Assembly (NCBI GenBank): GCA_010909165.1
Contig: VJWM01000025.1
Span: forward strand, 2,170,001-2,234,000
DNA length: 64,000 nucleotides
Source: Anthoceros angustus
Taxonomy: Eukaryota > Plantae > Anthocerotophyta
Direction of reading: 5' to 3'
Shown here: piece after piece, positions 1-15,543 of the stretch
How positions within the stretch are numbered: position 1 is the stretch's first letter
Layout: the number at the start of each line of letters is the position of its first letter
Notes under the pieces: generated by a model
What the model saw: the letters and a program-made list of their open reading frames with translations, nothing else
Told to the model about the DNA's origin: nothing
The model's database searches: none
Position numbers and translations under genes: made by a program

Positions 1-463
1 TGCACCTGCAACAGGCTCTTTGTAACATGTTGGCTTTGTCAGACACTTTTATCATGTGAATGCATTAACCATTTTCAGGCAGGCTTCGTTATGGATCAAT
101 TTTATGCGTCCGTCCTTTGAAGGTTGTCGTCTATAGTCCCTACCGAAGGTACGGAAGAAAGCCAGACATCTTGTGTTGGGTACTAGAAAGGAGGCATGTT
201 GCTGCCGCAACGTTAGCCAGAAGGGCCGACGACTGAGTTGTGGGCAATCTCTTCCAAAAGTAAAATCTGCCGAAAACCAGGCTGCTCATTATTAACCATC
301 CTCAGAGGTACGTAGAGCTGGCGTGTTTCCCCTCTCAAGGTAAACGTCAGGAATCACCACGTGCAAAACCGTCTGACAAGCTGCAGGGGAGGTAAAGGAG
401 GAGGACTTTAGGCAACCAATTCGGCTCCGCTGCTTGGCCAATCCTCGGAATTCAACTCATGGG

Positions 464-2507
464 TTAAAGCTTCTGTCTTCCGTCTTCGTGCTGGACAAAA
501 TGGATCAGCCCAAGCCCATATTCTTGTGCTGGCTGACAGCTAAAGGTCGACTGGCCGGTGCATGTTCTCCAGAACTGAATTCTTCTGAACGGCTGAACCG
601 TCCATACTCCGTTCACATCACATACGACCAGTATGTTCCTCCCTTTGTAATGTTGCAGACCCATTGGATCCGTGCTTCTCCGTTCGCATTGATCATGTTT
701 CTTTTTATCACGGCGTGATCTGCCCTTGGACTTCCAGTCTTTTCCACCCTGTTTCTGAGGCTTGTCTACACGTGCAGAATTCTCCCTGGGGTGCAACGGA
801 ACATAACTTTCTGGTGGCGGTGGTGGTGGTGGGTTAGGCCATGGAGTTCTTTGGGAGGGAACCACAACCTCCAAAGGCGGATCTATTACCCAACTGCAAA
901 ACACAACCGAAGAGCTTAAATGTGTGTCTCAAGAAAAAACACCAGCAAGGACTCCCCAAAGCCCAAAAGCACTATCTATGTGTAGCACAGCATACTCAGA
1001 ACAAGAGAACTACAACAGGTCAGAGAACAGATACCGATGAGGATGCTTGCTGTCAGCTCGAGCTTCTGCGCGCAACCACCACACAAGAACACGGCTTCCA
1101 CAGTTTCCAAGAGGCTCAATCAGCTGCTCATCTCTTACAATACTTGTTGGAGAGTCAATGCCCATTGGCAGAAAACCAATCATCCCAATCCTTCAGCCGA
1201 CGCGGCTTTAAACTACTCTCCCAGAGGATCTCCGAATTGATGACAAACCCTGCCCACTCCAGACTCCTGCGCGCTGTGAACACATCCACAGGCTCTGTAT
1301 ATCCCACTGTAACAGACCCATGCGGATGGTCAACTGTATGCCACCCTACCAAATGACCAGAGCTGTTACAGACAGGGCCCTGAATCGGATAGAACTTTGA
1401 GCTAGCATCTACTGATGCAGCCTCTTCTAATTTTCTTGGCTCCTGCAGTATCCCAACTGAAACTGCTCCTAGCCATTTGACAGTTTGCACCTCTTCAAAG
1501 AACTCAAGGCTGTAAGAATTGCTTTCATCTGCAAACACCACAATGCCATGCAGCTTCTTTTGACGCACATATCTGCATAAACAAGGAAAAATCTGGTTCA
1601 CATCCTGGTTGACGCAACGGCAAAGCACTTGTAGCACCTAATACAATAAGCCAAGAGGGAGGAAAAGACGTGAATCTGACCTCAGTCCATCCAGCCTCAA
1701 CCTTGCTTCCACTTCAGCTTGCTCATCCCACGAACTTGGCAGGAGTACATCAGGTGTCAAGTGGACAAACTCCAAGTCTGATTTGGCTAACAGCTCCACA
1801 GTTTCTGTAGAAGCCTGGCCCCCGGCCTCAACAACAATCCAGGTCAACGGACCTGGGATATGAGAGAGTGTGGAACGAAGGCCTGTTAAATGGGCAGTCT
1901 GGAAAGTGCGAGAAAAAGTGGGGGTTATAGCAATGATTCTCCGCCTGTGTCTGCCTCCATATAAATGCATCTGCTCCTCTTGAACACGAAGAATCAAATT
2001 GTGTGCCACCAGCATCTGCAAGGGATCTGGATGAGGCCATGGCCGGACAAGGATCTCATGTCGTCCCACATGCACCCGACTGCTCTTAGTGCCGTTCAAT
2101 GGAAGTGAACCCTCAGATGTTTCCTTGTCCACGAGTGTGTGATTCTGTGGAGCAACCTCCGAGTGAAAAACATAAGGGTATTGCAGAGCCACATCACTGT
2201 CATTTATTCTGTTTGTGATCTCAGTTGATGCAAGACTTAGGTAAGGAACATCAGGCTGGCTCCAGTGAAATGCAAAAAAAAGAGATTCCCTTGAGAACCG
2301 GAAGCCAAGGACCAGACTCGCAACGCATGCCAGAATCTGTAAGAAGATCCGGCATAGAAAACCAGCGGACCAAACCGCGTTCTCTCCCGAGTGCTCAGGA
2401 CTGACACCTCCTCTAGCACTCCGTGTTCTAGGAGCCGCACGGTAGCTTCCGAACTTCATCTTCCGAGGCCAAACACTACGGGCTGTTGATATGGGCTGCC
2501 CGCACAT
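464..2507 (-). CDS. IRX14: GT43 xylan glycosyltransferase, IRX14-like (3 exons: ~2507/2459-1681, 1572-1035, 893-464; one apparent frameshift at ~1162)
   Basis: N-terminal TM segment, GRHEILVRPWPHPDP, ITPTFSRTFQ, WIVVEAGG, VVFADESN, LEWAGFV, and after the frameshift EPLGNCGSRVLVWWLRAEARADSK..WVIDPPLE; GT-AG introns join the ORF pieces. Confidence 0.88.
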
Positions 2508-3609
2508 AAAAGCAAGTCATGGCGCGACCTCTATCATATCTTGCCCCTCCTGAGATGTTTCACACGAGGAGGAAAACCAGAACACACTAAATTCCCGCCG
2601 TGCACTAAACTTGCACTCCCGCGCTGCCTGCCGCACTTTCAAGCATTGTCATCGCTCCGAGAACCTGCTACGGTGTTTCTTGGCCGCTGTCAAGCACTGC
2701 CACGGCCCGGAGCGGGAATTCTAGAATCATGAGGTGATCAGAACACACTTTCAGCTCAGAAACATGTTGCCTCTCAAGTAAACAACAGAATCCCTTGCAC
2801 GCTGTACAGATCGAAACCGCAAAAACAACCAGGTCAAGCAGGGAAAGAGAAGTGACAACAGAAAACAGCAGAGAAAGCAACAAGACATACAAGGAGAGAA
2901 TTCCCTCGGACGTGTAGGACGTCAATAGCAATATAGGAATTGCAGAAAAAAAGCCTACTCCACACCAACATCACAGTCTTCACTCGGGACAATTGAACTC
3001 AAGAAATGTCCAACGCTCCAGCTGGCTCTCTCACCGCAACAGGAATGCAGGCGACTGTGATCCCTCAAGGCACCACGCCGGTGGCAGGACGTACTTGCCA
3101 CACATAGACGAGGATACATAGCAGAACAACGATGGAACCAGGCCAGCTGCCATGACTGAAGCTGCCTGGCTACGGGAAAGGATCAGCAGATCGTCTTGAT
3201 TAGGCCTTATTAACGCCGTTCCGTTGCGTCAAGAACGCAACCCGTTGTTCTCATGTTGTTTCAAGTTAAACGTAAAACACATAGGTAACCCCAGAATGGC
3301 TGTGCACCTTCCGATGCATTGTTGCTGGCCGCAAGAACGCGTAAGCTTGGTTAGGCCATTTAACACTAGGCCCCGGCCCTGGAGCCAGCCTATTGGGGCT
3401 CCCTATACGGATCGTACATTCCATATGTTTGGTAAATGTTGGGGATGCTTTGTCTTGGCACCTAGTGCCCCCTCGGCACCCAGTGCCTCGGCCAGTTGTT
3501 TACATGTTATTCTTTGAATCGTGCCATTTTTATTTATTCCCGCCCTCTCCCCTATGGTGCGGTCCACTCCTTCAGTGGCAGTCAGGGACACTCCCTGTCT
3601 AATCTGCCC

Positions 3610-4790
3610 TCAGCTGTGCTATAGGGTCAAGGGAGTGAAATGTCGCATTGGGCACAAACATAAGGACTTTCAACCGACCTTGCCTACCAGCTTCCTCTGG
3701 ATCGCCTTATGATGAACCCTGGGGACGAGGCGTCTTGGACTCTGTTCATGTTTCTCCCCCGGTGGTGTCTTCGTCGCTCCAGGGGTGGTTCTTCCGGCCA
3801 TAGGGATATGGCATCTCGTCTCCGTCGGTTCCGGGCTGAGGACTGGGAAGCTGTGCAGGAGGTGGGAGGGCGCATGGCGAGATCCAAGCTGGAGGCTATC
3901 AAGGATCGAGTCTGTCAAGACCTCGCCAAGGCAGGTTATTGGCAAAGGCAGGTTAAGGCAGGTTTTGAGGGCCAACAGGTTACTGGCTATGGAGAAGCCC
4001 ATGCCTAGGGTGCGCCCTATTGTCGTTAGGGAGGCATTCTTACGCCTCATAGATCGCAGCATTGCTATCCAACTTCGAGAGCAGTTCCAGGAGCATCTTT
4101 GCCCTCACCAATTTGGGATTGCCACTCCGGGGGGTTGTGAGTTGGCCGCGTTCACTATCGCTGCGGTTCTGGAGTTACATCAAGGTTGGGTCGCCCTATA
4201 GGTGGACGTCGGGAATGCTTTCAACACGATCTCTAGGAAGGCAATTTTTAAAGAGCTGAAGGATGCAGGCGGGCACCTAGCAAGTCTTATTTCTTTCGTC
4301 CGCTCTTTCTATGGTTCTCCGTCTACTCTCTACTTTCAGCACGGACCATCTAAGGAAGGGGTTGCTGTGCTGGACTCGGCGACCAGCATGAGACAGAGGG
4401 ATCCCTTGGGGGGTGCCCTCTTTGCCGTTGCGCACTTCAAGGCCCTGGTCATTACTGCCAGCGCGGTCGAGGAGTGTTTTTTTCCATCCCTGGTGGATGA
4501 CACTCATATCTTAGGACCCGAGGGCAAGGTCAAGGAAGCCCTCGCATTCTTCTCCTCAAAGCTCTCCTACTTGGGTTTGAGGGTCAAGATTTTGAAGTGC
4601 AAGGTTTTGTCCCCATCTGGCATTACTCCCTCTCTTCAATTTCCTTGGGGGGACATTGTTCCTTCGCAGGGACTTCGCGTCTTGGGGGTCCCCATGGGAC
4701 CTCTGACCTTTATTTCAAGGTTTTGTGGATAAGGCTTTGAAGGAGGACTTGGCCCATGTTTGCAACCTATCTCTCTTACGGGACCCAAGC
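3610..4790 (+). mobile_element. Degenerate non-LTR retrotransposon reverse transcriptase, CRE/SLACS-clade-like
   Basis: RVRPIVVREAFLRL, PHQFGIATPGGCE, DVGNAFNTISR, RQRDPLGGALF, LVDDTHILG (YxDD equivalent), LRVLGVPMG; broken by stops and frameshifts. Confidence 0.8.
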
Positions 4791-5310
4791 TCCGGGGTAG
4801 GATCCTCAGCCTCCGAGTCAGTCTCATCCTCGACACTTTCAAAGGCTAAGGCCCCCCACTTGCCCTCTGGGGACCCTTCTTTCCCCAAGCCTCTACCAAA
4901 GATCCGTGCTGCTTGACAGGGCAATCGCTTTTTTATGAGATGGTCACCATGACACACCATAGAGGCAAGTCCGTAATCAAACACTGGTAAATACAGAGGG
5001 ATCGGACGGATCATGGATGACAACTCACCGGCACCATCAACCGATACCAGACTCCAAACTTTGGAGGATTGGCAAGATCAAAAAAGGCAGAGTCCACCTT
5101 CGGATGTTGACCACCTTGCCCACCACTGAAAGAATTTTCCTAACCATGGAGACGAGTTGTATTGGTAGCGACGGTAATCGAACCCACAAGAATTTCTGCT
5201 TGATAGTAAATTATTGCAGAGTACAACCCGGCGTCCAGGCCTCTAGTAGAACTGGTACAGAGTCCTTGAATAAGACGTGAGTCTGCAGTAGCTTACCCGC
5301 ATCCTCACTG
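4790..5310 (-). mobile_element. Relic of L1-type LINE ORF1 (DUF4283-like plus decayed zinc knuckle)
   Basis: Minus-strand translation LLEAWTPG..*..KFLWVRLPSLPIQLVSMVRKILSVVGKVV resembles the W.P...WVRLP.LP...IGK motif; followed by VCHGDHLIKKRLPC. Confidence 0.55.
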
Positions 5311-5504
5311 TTATCACATTTAATCTGGAACGTGCCATCTCCTTTCATAAAAGCATATGCACCTAGGTTGTACGCCAAGCACTTTAGTGGCCCAGGTGTC
5401 GACCTCCTGCGTGGAGGGAGTATACAACAGCATCTGTTTAGAAAGGGGTTTCTCCTGAAACCCCTTTTTGCACACGTACTTGGCCGGACCCCTTTTTGTA
5501 CTTG

Positions 5505-6965
<1,461 letters not shown>

Positions 6966-8799
6966 TATTTGAGATTGTAGATTGCAAGTATGTGGCAAAA
7001 ACCTAAAGTCCCATTCTCGTTCGGCTTTTTTTTCAAACTGGACCACATTGCGCAAACTTATGCGCGCACTTACATCTAAGCAGGTCTCCAACATCCGCAA
7101 TCATTGCGGTGTTGGGCGATATCTAAAACATTTAGAGTTTTTAGGGCTTGCTGTAATTCTGGTGCGCAAACTTGTTTGCGCACCAACCTTTCATTCATTC
7201 TAGTCAATCCTATGACTATACTCTCGCTCCGAGAATTTTACAGGACTTTGTTCCTTAGACATTGGGACAATAATGTCTTCTTTGGCCGGATGCTCTTAAT
7301 CCACGTCTAGTGCGAAAATGAGAGTGGCATGGTCTGCACTTAGAGCTGGGCCCACGCCAAATGTCTCAAGATTCAAAAGATGCAAAAGGTTCTCACTACT
7401 AGTTCAAAGTTTTAACCACTAGAAAAAAAGATGAGGGTTAAGTAAAGATAAGAACATATTCACATTAGGGAGCTGCACAAAAAAGGTTGAAAACGTCGAA
7501 AGGAACCCTTTAAAACAATAAAAATATCAATACAAATACAAAAAAATCAAAAAATTGTCAAAATTTTAGAGCAAGTGCGCGCACTTGCCTCAAAAAACTG
7601 GACTTTTTGGTAATTTTTTTAGGGGTGTTTAGGGTTTTTTTAGACTTTTTGCTCTTTTTTTCTTTGGATGAACCGTCTGGGAATGCACTAGGAGGCATGA
7701 ACCATTTGGGTTCATGCTCCTGTGCCCTTCTTGACCTTGGTGCGCAGGCGCACACCCGGCCCCTGCCCCTGGTGCATGCACTTGTTCACCCACCCCTCGG
7801 CATGTTTGATGATAACCCAGATTAGGTCATCGTAGAAAGACGGAAACAAAGAATAAAAGGGATAGGGTGTTCTTCGTCGCATTAGGGCATAGGATAGGAA
7901 TATAAGAGTGGTCTAGGTGAACCTCCGCCGATGTCTACTTGTTATTTTGTCGGGAGTTCCGACATCCTCGCACCGCCAAAAGGACATGCTTCCCATTAGA
8001 AGATCATTTTCGCGTTCTTTTGCAGTGCATGCACAAGTTTGCACATAAGCGTTGTTTAGGCGCACTTATGCGCCTAGGCCCCCGGTATACAAAACATACA
8101 AAACCACACAAAATGCGTAAACTACGGACATGACGAAATTATGGAACAATGAGGTCACTGGCCCTTCATCACACCGACTAAATCTCCATGGACTGAGTAT
8201 AGGCGCCAGTGTAAATGACTCGAGAAGTGGTGCCGAGGAATGAAACCGATGGATGAACACCTACAAAACCAACAAAACCAAACCAACTTCGCCCGCGAAT
8301 AGGGTTGGGATTTTTTCCAAAACCCCTTTTGACAGGAGAAACCCCTTTCTAAACAGATGCTGTTATACCCTAATGCTAGACGGCCAACAACAGACGAAGA
8401 GGACAAAGCTGACTCCTCCGATTCAAAGTACTTTTCTTCAGACAACACTTCTGCAAAAGGGCTGAGCTGGATATTGCCATCCCCGCTTGCCACTGGCTTA
8501 GTAGAACCCCTGGCACTTCCCGCCAGAAGGAGTCTTCATGTTGAAGTCCAGGGATTGAGGCCGAACCGGGGATTCCTCCGGTCTCCCTAAAGCGGCACCA
8601 GTACCCACTCTGGAGGGAGGGTTTGCCGTACGATCTGTGACTGCTGCACTTTGTGGGAGAGCACCGAGACGCAGACTCGGCGCCCGCCCGAAAGCAAAGA
8701 TCAGAGCCCCGGTGGGGCCCTGTGCCATCATGAGATGTTCGATCACACGGCTATCCCGCTTGCCGAGCCACCGTAAAAGATAATTGATGTACATTTCAT

Positions 8800-9850
8800 A
8801 CATTATGCCTCCATCCCTAGCCTACTATGGATGTGCCTACCATGGATATGTACTCAGAAGCTTAAATTCATTATTTTGGGCTTTAGGCTCCTATGTAGAA
8901 GTTCGATGCATTCACTTAATGCAATGACATAGATGAATGAAATGAATTAGATGAGCTATTTCTGATGTATGTTCAGGAGGGCGTTCTTCTTGCTATCCCG
9001 GCATCAGGGTGGCAAGCATGAGGGAGAAATGAGTTCTGTTCTTCTTCTTGAGACAGGGTGCCATCATCCATACCAATTTTGGCTAGCATCTCAATGTATG
9101 CTTGCTTACGTTGCACATTCACCTTCTTTCAGGAATTGATTTCTTGGAGGAGAGCATGTGCCTACTCTTCTTGCCCCATCCCTGCCGGGAAGCTTGTCAC
9201 AATTTCCACCATGCTAACTTTGAAATGATAATGCCACTTTGTTGCAAGGTTCTCTCCATACACCATGCACAATTCTTGTACATGGGTAACTACTAGTTTG
9301 GCGAGTCCCCTTTTGTCCCAGATCACATGTCTCTCTAGAAGAAGAATCGACCTTCCAGGATACGCTTGTTAGGCACATGCAATTCTCCCAGGATATGTTT
9401 ATCAGGTGTACCCAAGAGAAAATCTTGAAAGAAAAATGCCCTCAAGATACATTTATGAGGTGTATCATAAAAACCCTCTAACCAACAATCAACTCTAAAA
9501 CACGCACTTTAGACGTACCTTAGAAACTTGCTCTAATGACTTGCAACAAGAGGTGCAAGCAATAAGCAAGATGTGTCACAACACATGCACAACATAATAT
9601 AACCTAGCTCTGGAACATTTATATAAGGAAAAGAATCGCGCTATTTAGAAAACCCTTCCTAATATTATACCACATAATTATACCATTAATCCTCATAGAC
9701 TATTATAATTCTTCACCACTAAACCCTAAGGTATTTTATATTGTATCAAAATTGGAGAATGCGGCCCTTGGCAGTCTCCTTGGATGTCCTCCGCTCAAAG
9801 GGCTTTCCCCATCAGGTTCTCCCTCAATAGAGATGCACACCAACAGGTAT
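8800..9850 (-). mobile_element. Possible decayed LTR-retrotransposon end (LTR ~9620-9845, degenerate tRNA-Met PBS ~9605-9618)
   Basis: Minus strand TGTTCCAGAGCTAGG resembles the PBS TGGTATCAGAGC and follows an AT-rich block starting TGTTG; no clear gag/pol motifs seen. Confidence 0.25.
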
Positions 9851-12234
9851 GATATATACGTATATATATAAAAAATATGGATATGTGATAATTACAAATT
9901 ATATTAATTTCTATTATGCGTTGATACATCTAAGTTTTGAGACATGACATACATTCGAACGTTATCTGAAGTTTTGCAAGCCAAGTTGATGCATCTCATA
10001 CCCACGTGCCACGACACCCATCACGTGTGAGGGACGTGCGGAAGACGCCAACAATTGGCCATTTGAGATTTATCTTCTGACATCTCTGGCAAAGTGTTCC
10101 TTCTAGGTACTGTACTATCTCCGTGTCGCCAGCCCGACCCGTCAGGTTATTTCTCCAGACATCAGTGAATCTCGTTTCCGGAGGCGTTCACGAAGCTGTT
10201 CAAAGGCTCTTTATCTTCAATTTGTGCACCTTCGAGTCTCCAAGAATCGGATACATCCATATGCCTCCATCTCGCACGGTGCAGGGTCGGGCCGGGCCAT
10301 GATAGTTTTAGAGTGGTGTGTGTCTCTCTTCGCCAAGTTCACCAAGTCCGTCAAACAATCCATGGGTTTCCTCTTGGGAGTCTAGGCTGCATGCAACCCA
10401 CAGCCACATGTTCAGAACTCAGAACTCCTTGTTGCCCAACCTGTGCACGAAGCAACTTCCAACTTCTCAATCCCAAAGTCCGAATATCACGTTCCTGGAG
10501 AACATACGCAAGTAGGGTACGTTCAGTCTAAAAAGTCTTCAAGCCTGTTCCAAGCTCTCTCATCAACATTTCAACATTCAATTTCGAACAAAAGAAGCCT
10601 TTCTGAATCCTGTGGCCAGCTTTCACATCAGCGTGCACATCGTCCGCACCAGAACACTTGGATGCCCAGAAGCTCCGCCTCCACACAGGCCCCCGGACTT
10701 TCTTGCCGGAAGTCGGGAGACACGAGCTCGGTTCCCAAAAAGCTGTTGCCAACAGAAAAACAATGACCAAGATGCGTGAACAACTTTGCAGGTCCATGTG
10801 TCCCCCTTGGTACCATCGAACAAGCCGCCATGCATCCACACTAGCTACAAAACGAATTAACGAATAAGGAGAAGAAAGGAACTTTACGGAGGCTTACCCT
10901 TGCACGGATGTCGAGAAAGGACGAACATCGCAACCACCGGACATGTTCCAGGTTTGCCACAAGCCAAGCAAGTAGTCTCATAAGCACTTGCCAGTGGCCA
11001 CTAGTGCGCTTTAATAAAATTCTTCTTCTTGTAGTGGCATGCATGATAAGACTGATTTACTACAGCCATGGCAAATCAAAGCAAATGAGAAGAGGCAAGA
11101 GTGAGTGCACGAAGAACCTGGAATCTTGCATGCCGTAATTCGAAGCGCGGCATCAGGGAAGTGGGAAGAGTGAACCCTCAAACCAAGAGCGGGTCGTGCA
11201 TGGGGCAGTTTGGCACGACGTTTGGCAGTAGACGAACGCGCAAACCCCAAAACCCCGGTCATTGGCGATTGGTTCTCGTACGCGTTTCCCTCCGAGATTC
11301 TTTGCGGCGAAAGAAACGTGCTTGGCAGGAGCACGCGCGGCCAGGCAGGCCGGTGAACGCACACTTCATCGCATTACGCGACAGATGCAGGCATTACACA
11401 GCAGAGCGGGATTAGGCGGAGAAGGCATTGAAGAAGAAGGCCGGCCAGGGCGCAGGGCTCGCTGCTCGAGCATTGGACGAGAAGCGTAGCTGGAGGATCA
11501 AGAAAGAACGTAAACCCTGGCTCGCTCAAGGTTGTCCGTAAGCTAATCCGCTCTGCCACAAGGCTGATCCGCAACAGAGCACGGAGCACGGAGCAGGCCG
11601 TGTAGTGTTGCGGAGACATACTTTATTGCAAGGTTCTGTCTGAGGAGGGAGAAGAGAGGTGATCCGAGCTCGCATTTTTTTTTCTGTCTTTGCCTTCCTG
11701 CCGCTGCGTCTGCACTTGCTCCTGCAACCGCACTGGAGTGGCAGGAGTATCATGCTAGTCCGCTGAGAGAGTAGGCAGGATGGGCCGGCCACTCTTTCCG
11801 GCTCGCGTGCCCTGTGTGGCTCAGCCCGGGGTTTGCGGCCTGGGAGAGCGGCAATGGTGTCCCTTCCGCCTCTGCCTGGCAGGGAGGGATAGCAGGCCGG
11901 ATTTGTGATCTGCTTGCCGAGCCTCGAGGCATTGCGCCCGGGCCGCCTCCGGAAGGCAGGCAGGTGGCAGATGCGCATTCTTGTAGCGACTGAGTTGGAG
12001 GAGGAAGGAAGTGCACAGGTTGTGCTCCAAGCTGGAGCTTTTAGACGAGGTAGGAGTCGGGGCGGAATGCTGCGGAGAGGAGTGGTCGATCGCCGCCCTG
12101 TCGACCTAGGATCTCCGGCGGTGTCGGCAGACGGAATCTTGAGGCTTGGCTGGGAGTTCACTCTCAAGCCATGACTCGGAGGTGTCTGCTGTCAGCGATA
12201 TGGTATCAGCTGTCTCAGGCGAGAGCCTGCTGAT

Positions 12235-15085
12235 ATGGAGAATGAGGCTGGTAGGACACTTGATGAAACGCCAGACACTGGAGCTTCACAAGACAAGGAT
12301 GGCAGTGAACCTGCAACCCCTCCAGCCACAGCCGCACGCACAGGGCAGCACCATCACCATCACCAGCACCAGCACCAGCATGTCGGTCTCCGGGTGAGAC
12401 GGGCCATTCTGGCAGGACGCCGGGCGGGCCCTAGCACGCCGGTCCCCAGCTGGAAGCTCTATGAGAATCCATTCTATGACGGTATTGCAGCGGCAGCAGC
12501 AGCTGCAAGGCAGAAGGGCTTGCACCGCCGCAGTAGTGGGGCAGGGTCTGGAGCATCGTCAGGAGCTCCTATTTCGGCTCGCACTTTGGCTGCAACGCTT
12601 TGGGAGCTGCAAGACCTCCCCTCACTAACTGCTGGCAAGAAGAATAGTCCCGTTCCTGCCATGAGCTCCCATGTACGTCGACCCAGCCCCCTACACGTCA
12701 GGCAGGGGCGTGATGGTAGCCCACTTCATGCAATGGGCCATGACGTGTTGGGAGCTGAGTCTCCCTCACCTTCGAAATCATCCATGCAGCCCTCCAGCAA
12801 GGTGCTGTCTATCTTCTTAGCCGTCCCAAACCCTCTAATGGGTTCGATTCCGATCATTCTTGCTTGCACAGCTGGTGTACAAGCCTGTCGAATTTTTAGG
12901 GTGCCACACGGGTGTTTTTCTTTTTCGGAGGAATTAGATCTCTGCAGTTTGGTTTGATTTTTCTTTTGTTTCTCGTATTGCAGTTGTCAGAAGCCACCCT
13001 GAGGAGTGCGAATTCCAGTAGACAAGCAGCAGCGATGAGGTCGCATGTTCACAGACTTCTGGAGAAGAGAGAACCTAAGTTATCGCCCTGTGTGTTATCT
13101 CCCACAAATGGCATCACCTCGCCCATGGTAAGCACCGGTTAGAAATGGCGTGTGTCCTGACTGATGATCACTGCAAAATGGCCACGTTTTCGTTTTCAGT
13201 TTCATTCCTCTTCCTCTTAAATGCCCCATCTGTCGTGTACATGTGCTGTGCCCAGATCGAACCTCAAAGACAAGCCGTGTCCCCACCAGCATCAGTTGAA
13301 AGGAAGCTGAAATTTCCTGAAGCGGATCATCCCACGACATCGAGTGAGCTATTGAAAGTTCTCAATCGAATTCGTGATCTGGAGGAGCAACACAATACGA
13401 GTACATCTATGGTGGCTGCTCTTAGGATCGAGGCAGAGCACTCTCGAAGCCGCATTCTGGAGCTTGAGAAAGCATTGAAATCCTCGAGAAGGGAGACTGA
13501 CAGCCTTTTGAAAAAATTTGCAGAAGAGAGGATGCATTGGCAAGCCAAAGAGCAAGATAGGATAAGGGCAGCTGTTGTGTCGCTCAAGGAACAGGTCGAT
13601 GAGGAAAGGAAAGGGCGAAGGAGGATGGACATTGTTAATCGGAAAATTGCCAGAGAGCTGGCAGAATGCAACATGGCTCTAGCCAAGGCTTTACAGGATC
13701 TCGACAGAGAACGGAAAGCCCGGGAGCTGATGGAGGACGTTTGCGATGAGCTAGCTCGAGAGATTGGTGAGGATAAAGCAGAGGTGGAGGAATTGAGACG
13801 TGAATCAGCGAAGGTGAGGGAGGAAGTGGAAGAGGAACGTAAGATGCTGCAGATGGCAGAGGTCTGGAGAGAAGAGCGGGTTCAAATGAAGCTTGGTGAA
13901 GCCAGGCTGGAGCTGGAGGAGAGGAATGATGCTCTGGACCATTTAAGGGCTCAGCTTGAGGCTTTTCTGAGGTCAAGGAAGGTTTCTTCAGAAGCAGGAG
14001 GGCATTCAGGAAACCAAGTGGATGTGGAGGAAGCAGAGAAGCTGAGAGATGCTGTGACAACCATACAGCTGCAGGAAACCAGGGCTTTGTCAGGCAGAGG
14101 AGACATAATTGATGACACTGGTTCTCTGGACGACGATGTCCACACCATTGAACTAAGCAGAGATGGACCCGCTCAACAGGAAAGAGGTTGGAATGATAGG
14201 AGAGGTGGGCAGCATGAGAGGGAGGGTGGGGGTCAGGCCTTTCAAGGTGCAAGCATGGACAGTCGATGGGAGGACGACGATTCCAGCCATGTTAGTGTGG
14301 ACGACGGCAGTGCCAGAGAGTGGATTTACACTGAGAGCGGTGTTATAGAAAGACGTAATGGTGTGGAATGGCGTGTGGGAAGTAGGGGGAGCAGGAAGCG
14401 GAAAGAGGAGGAAACAGACGCGGAGGGTGAGAGGGAGGAGGAAGAGGAATACAGGGAGGAGACAGAGGGAGATAAGGAGGAGGAAGAGGGAGACGGAGAG
14501 GAGGAAGAGGGAGACAGGAGGGAGGAAGAGGTTGATGATGAGAACAGTGGTGACGACGATGCTGATGCTGATGAAGACGATGATGAAGAAAGTCAATGGG
14601 AAAGTGCAAGTGAAGAAGATGAAGTGGACGGTCGTGTGTTCACCTCAAGGAGGAATGGACGAACTGAAGATCAGTCCACGAGGAGCGCTGACCCTGGACT
14701 GAGGAGCAAGATGGACACCACTTTGGAAACCAATCCATCGGAGGCCTGGACGATGAGCCAGAGTGCCAGCATGGACAACTCGTCAAGATTCCGAGACGAC
14801 GACAGAATGACCTCAAGCCAAATGGATTCATCCAGAGACTTCGTGCATCAAGTAGATTCATCCAGGGAGTTCTCAGGCCAGTGCGACTATTCAGCAGACT
14901 TCGTCACTCCCTTCTCGCAGGATGCTTCTGGAGCTGGCTCAGGGTTTGCGCAGTCCAGCCCAAAGGCGCGGTCGGAGGGAACATGGGAGTCAAGTGACTT
15001 CGTGAACCCACAACAGCAGCAACAGCAGCAACAGCAGAAAAGTGGGAGGTCCATGAAGACGTTCGTGGAGTGGCCGAAAGGCTAA
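12235..15085 (+). CDS. At5g41620/BRANCHLESS TRICHOME-family coiled-coil protein (exons 12235-12801, 12984-13127, 13256-15085)
   Basis: GPSTPVPSWK, SARTLAATLWE, SELLKVLNRI, ERKARELMEDVCDELAREI, EEERKMLQMAEVWREERVQMKL; long acidic tail. Confidence 0.85.
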
Positions 15086-15543
15086 CGGAAGAGGGAGAGT
15101 GGGAGCAGAAACAACCACGATGAGAGCAATTCCGGATGCCCCCCAACCCTGGCCCCGATGTGGTTAGGTGATTTGCTGGTAGCCTCGATTTTTTAGCAGC
15201 GGTGAAATTGTACCCAGTATTCATGGCTTGTTATCTATTGTTTATCCAGGGATGTTATCTGTGTTGTGACGACGGTAGACTGTAGTGTAGGAAGAGGAGT
15301 GCAAGTAGACAATTTTGCAATTCTTGTTGTGTGTATCATAGTGTTAGAGGCCTGGCTGATGTGAAAAGCAACGGAGTCCCGAGTGTTTGTGCACTTACAC
15401 ACAAGACAGTTCTCCGGTGTGCCAAACTTTTTATTTCCCTGCTCAGCTTGCAACCCAGAAATAAGGAAGAACTGGAGCAGGTGGTACCTAAGAAAACAGA
15501 CATGGACAGAGGAGACAAAACTGCATAGTAGTGGCTCTGCGCC

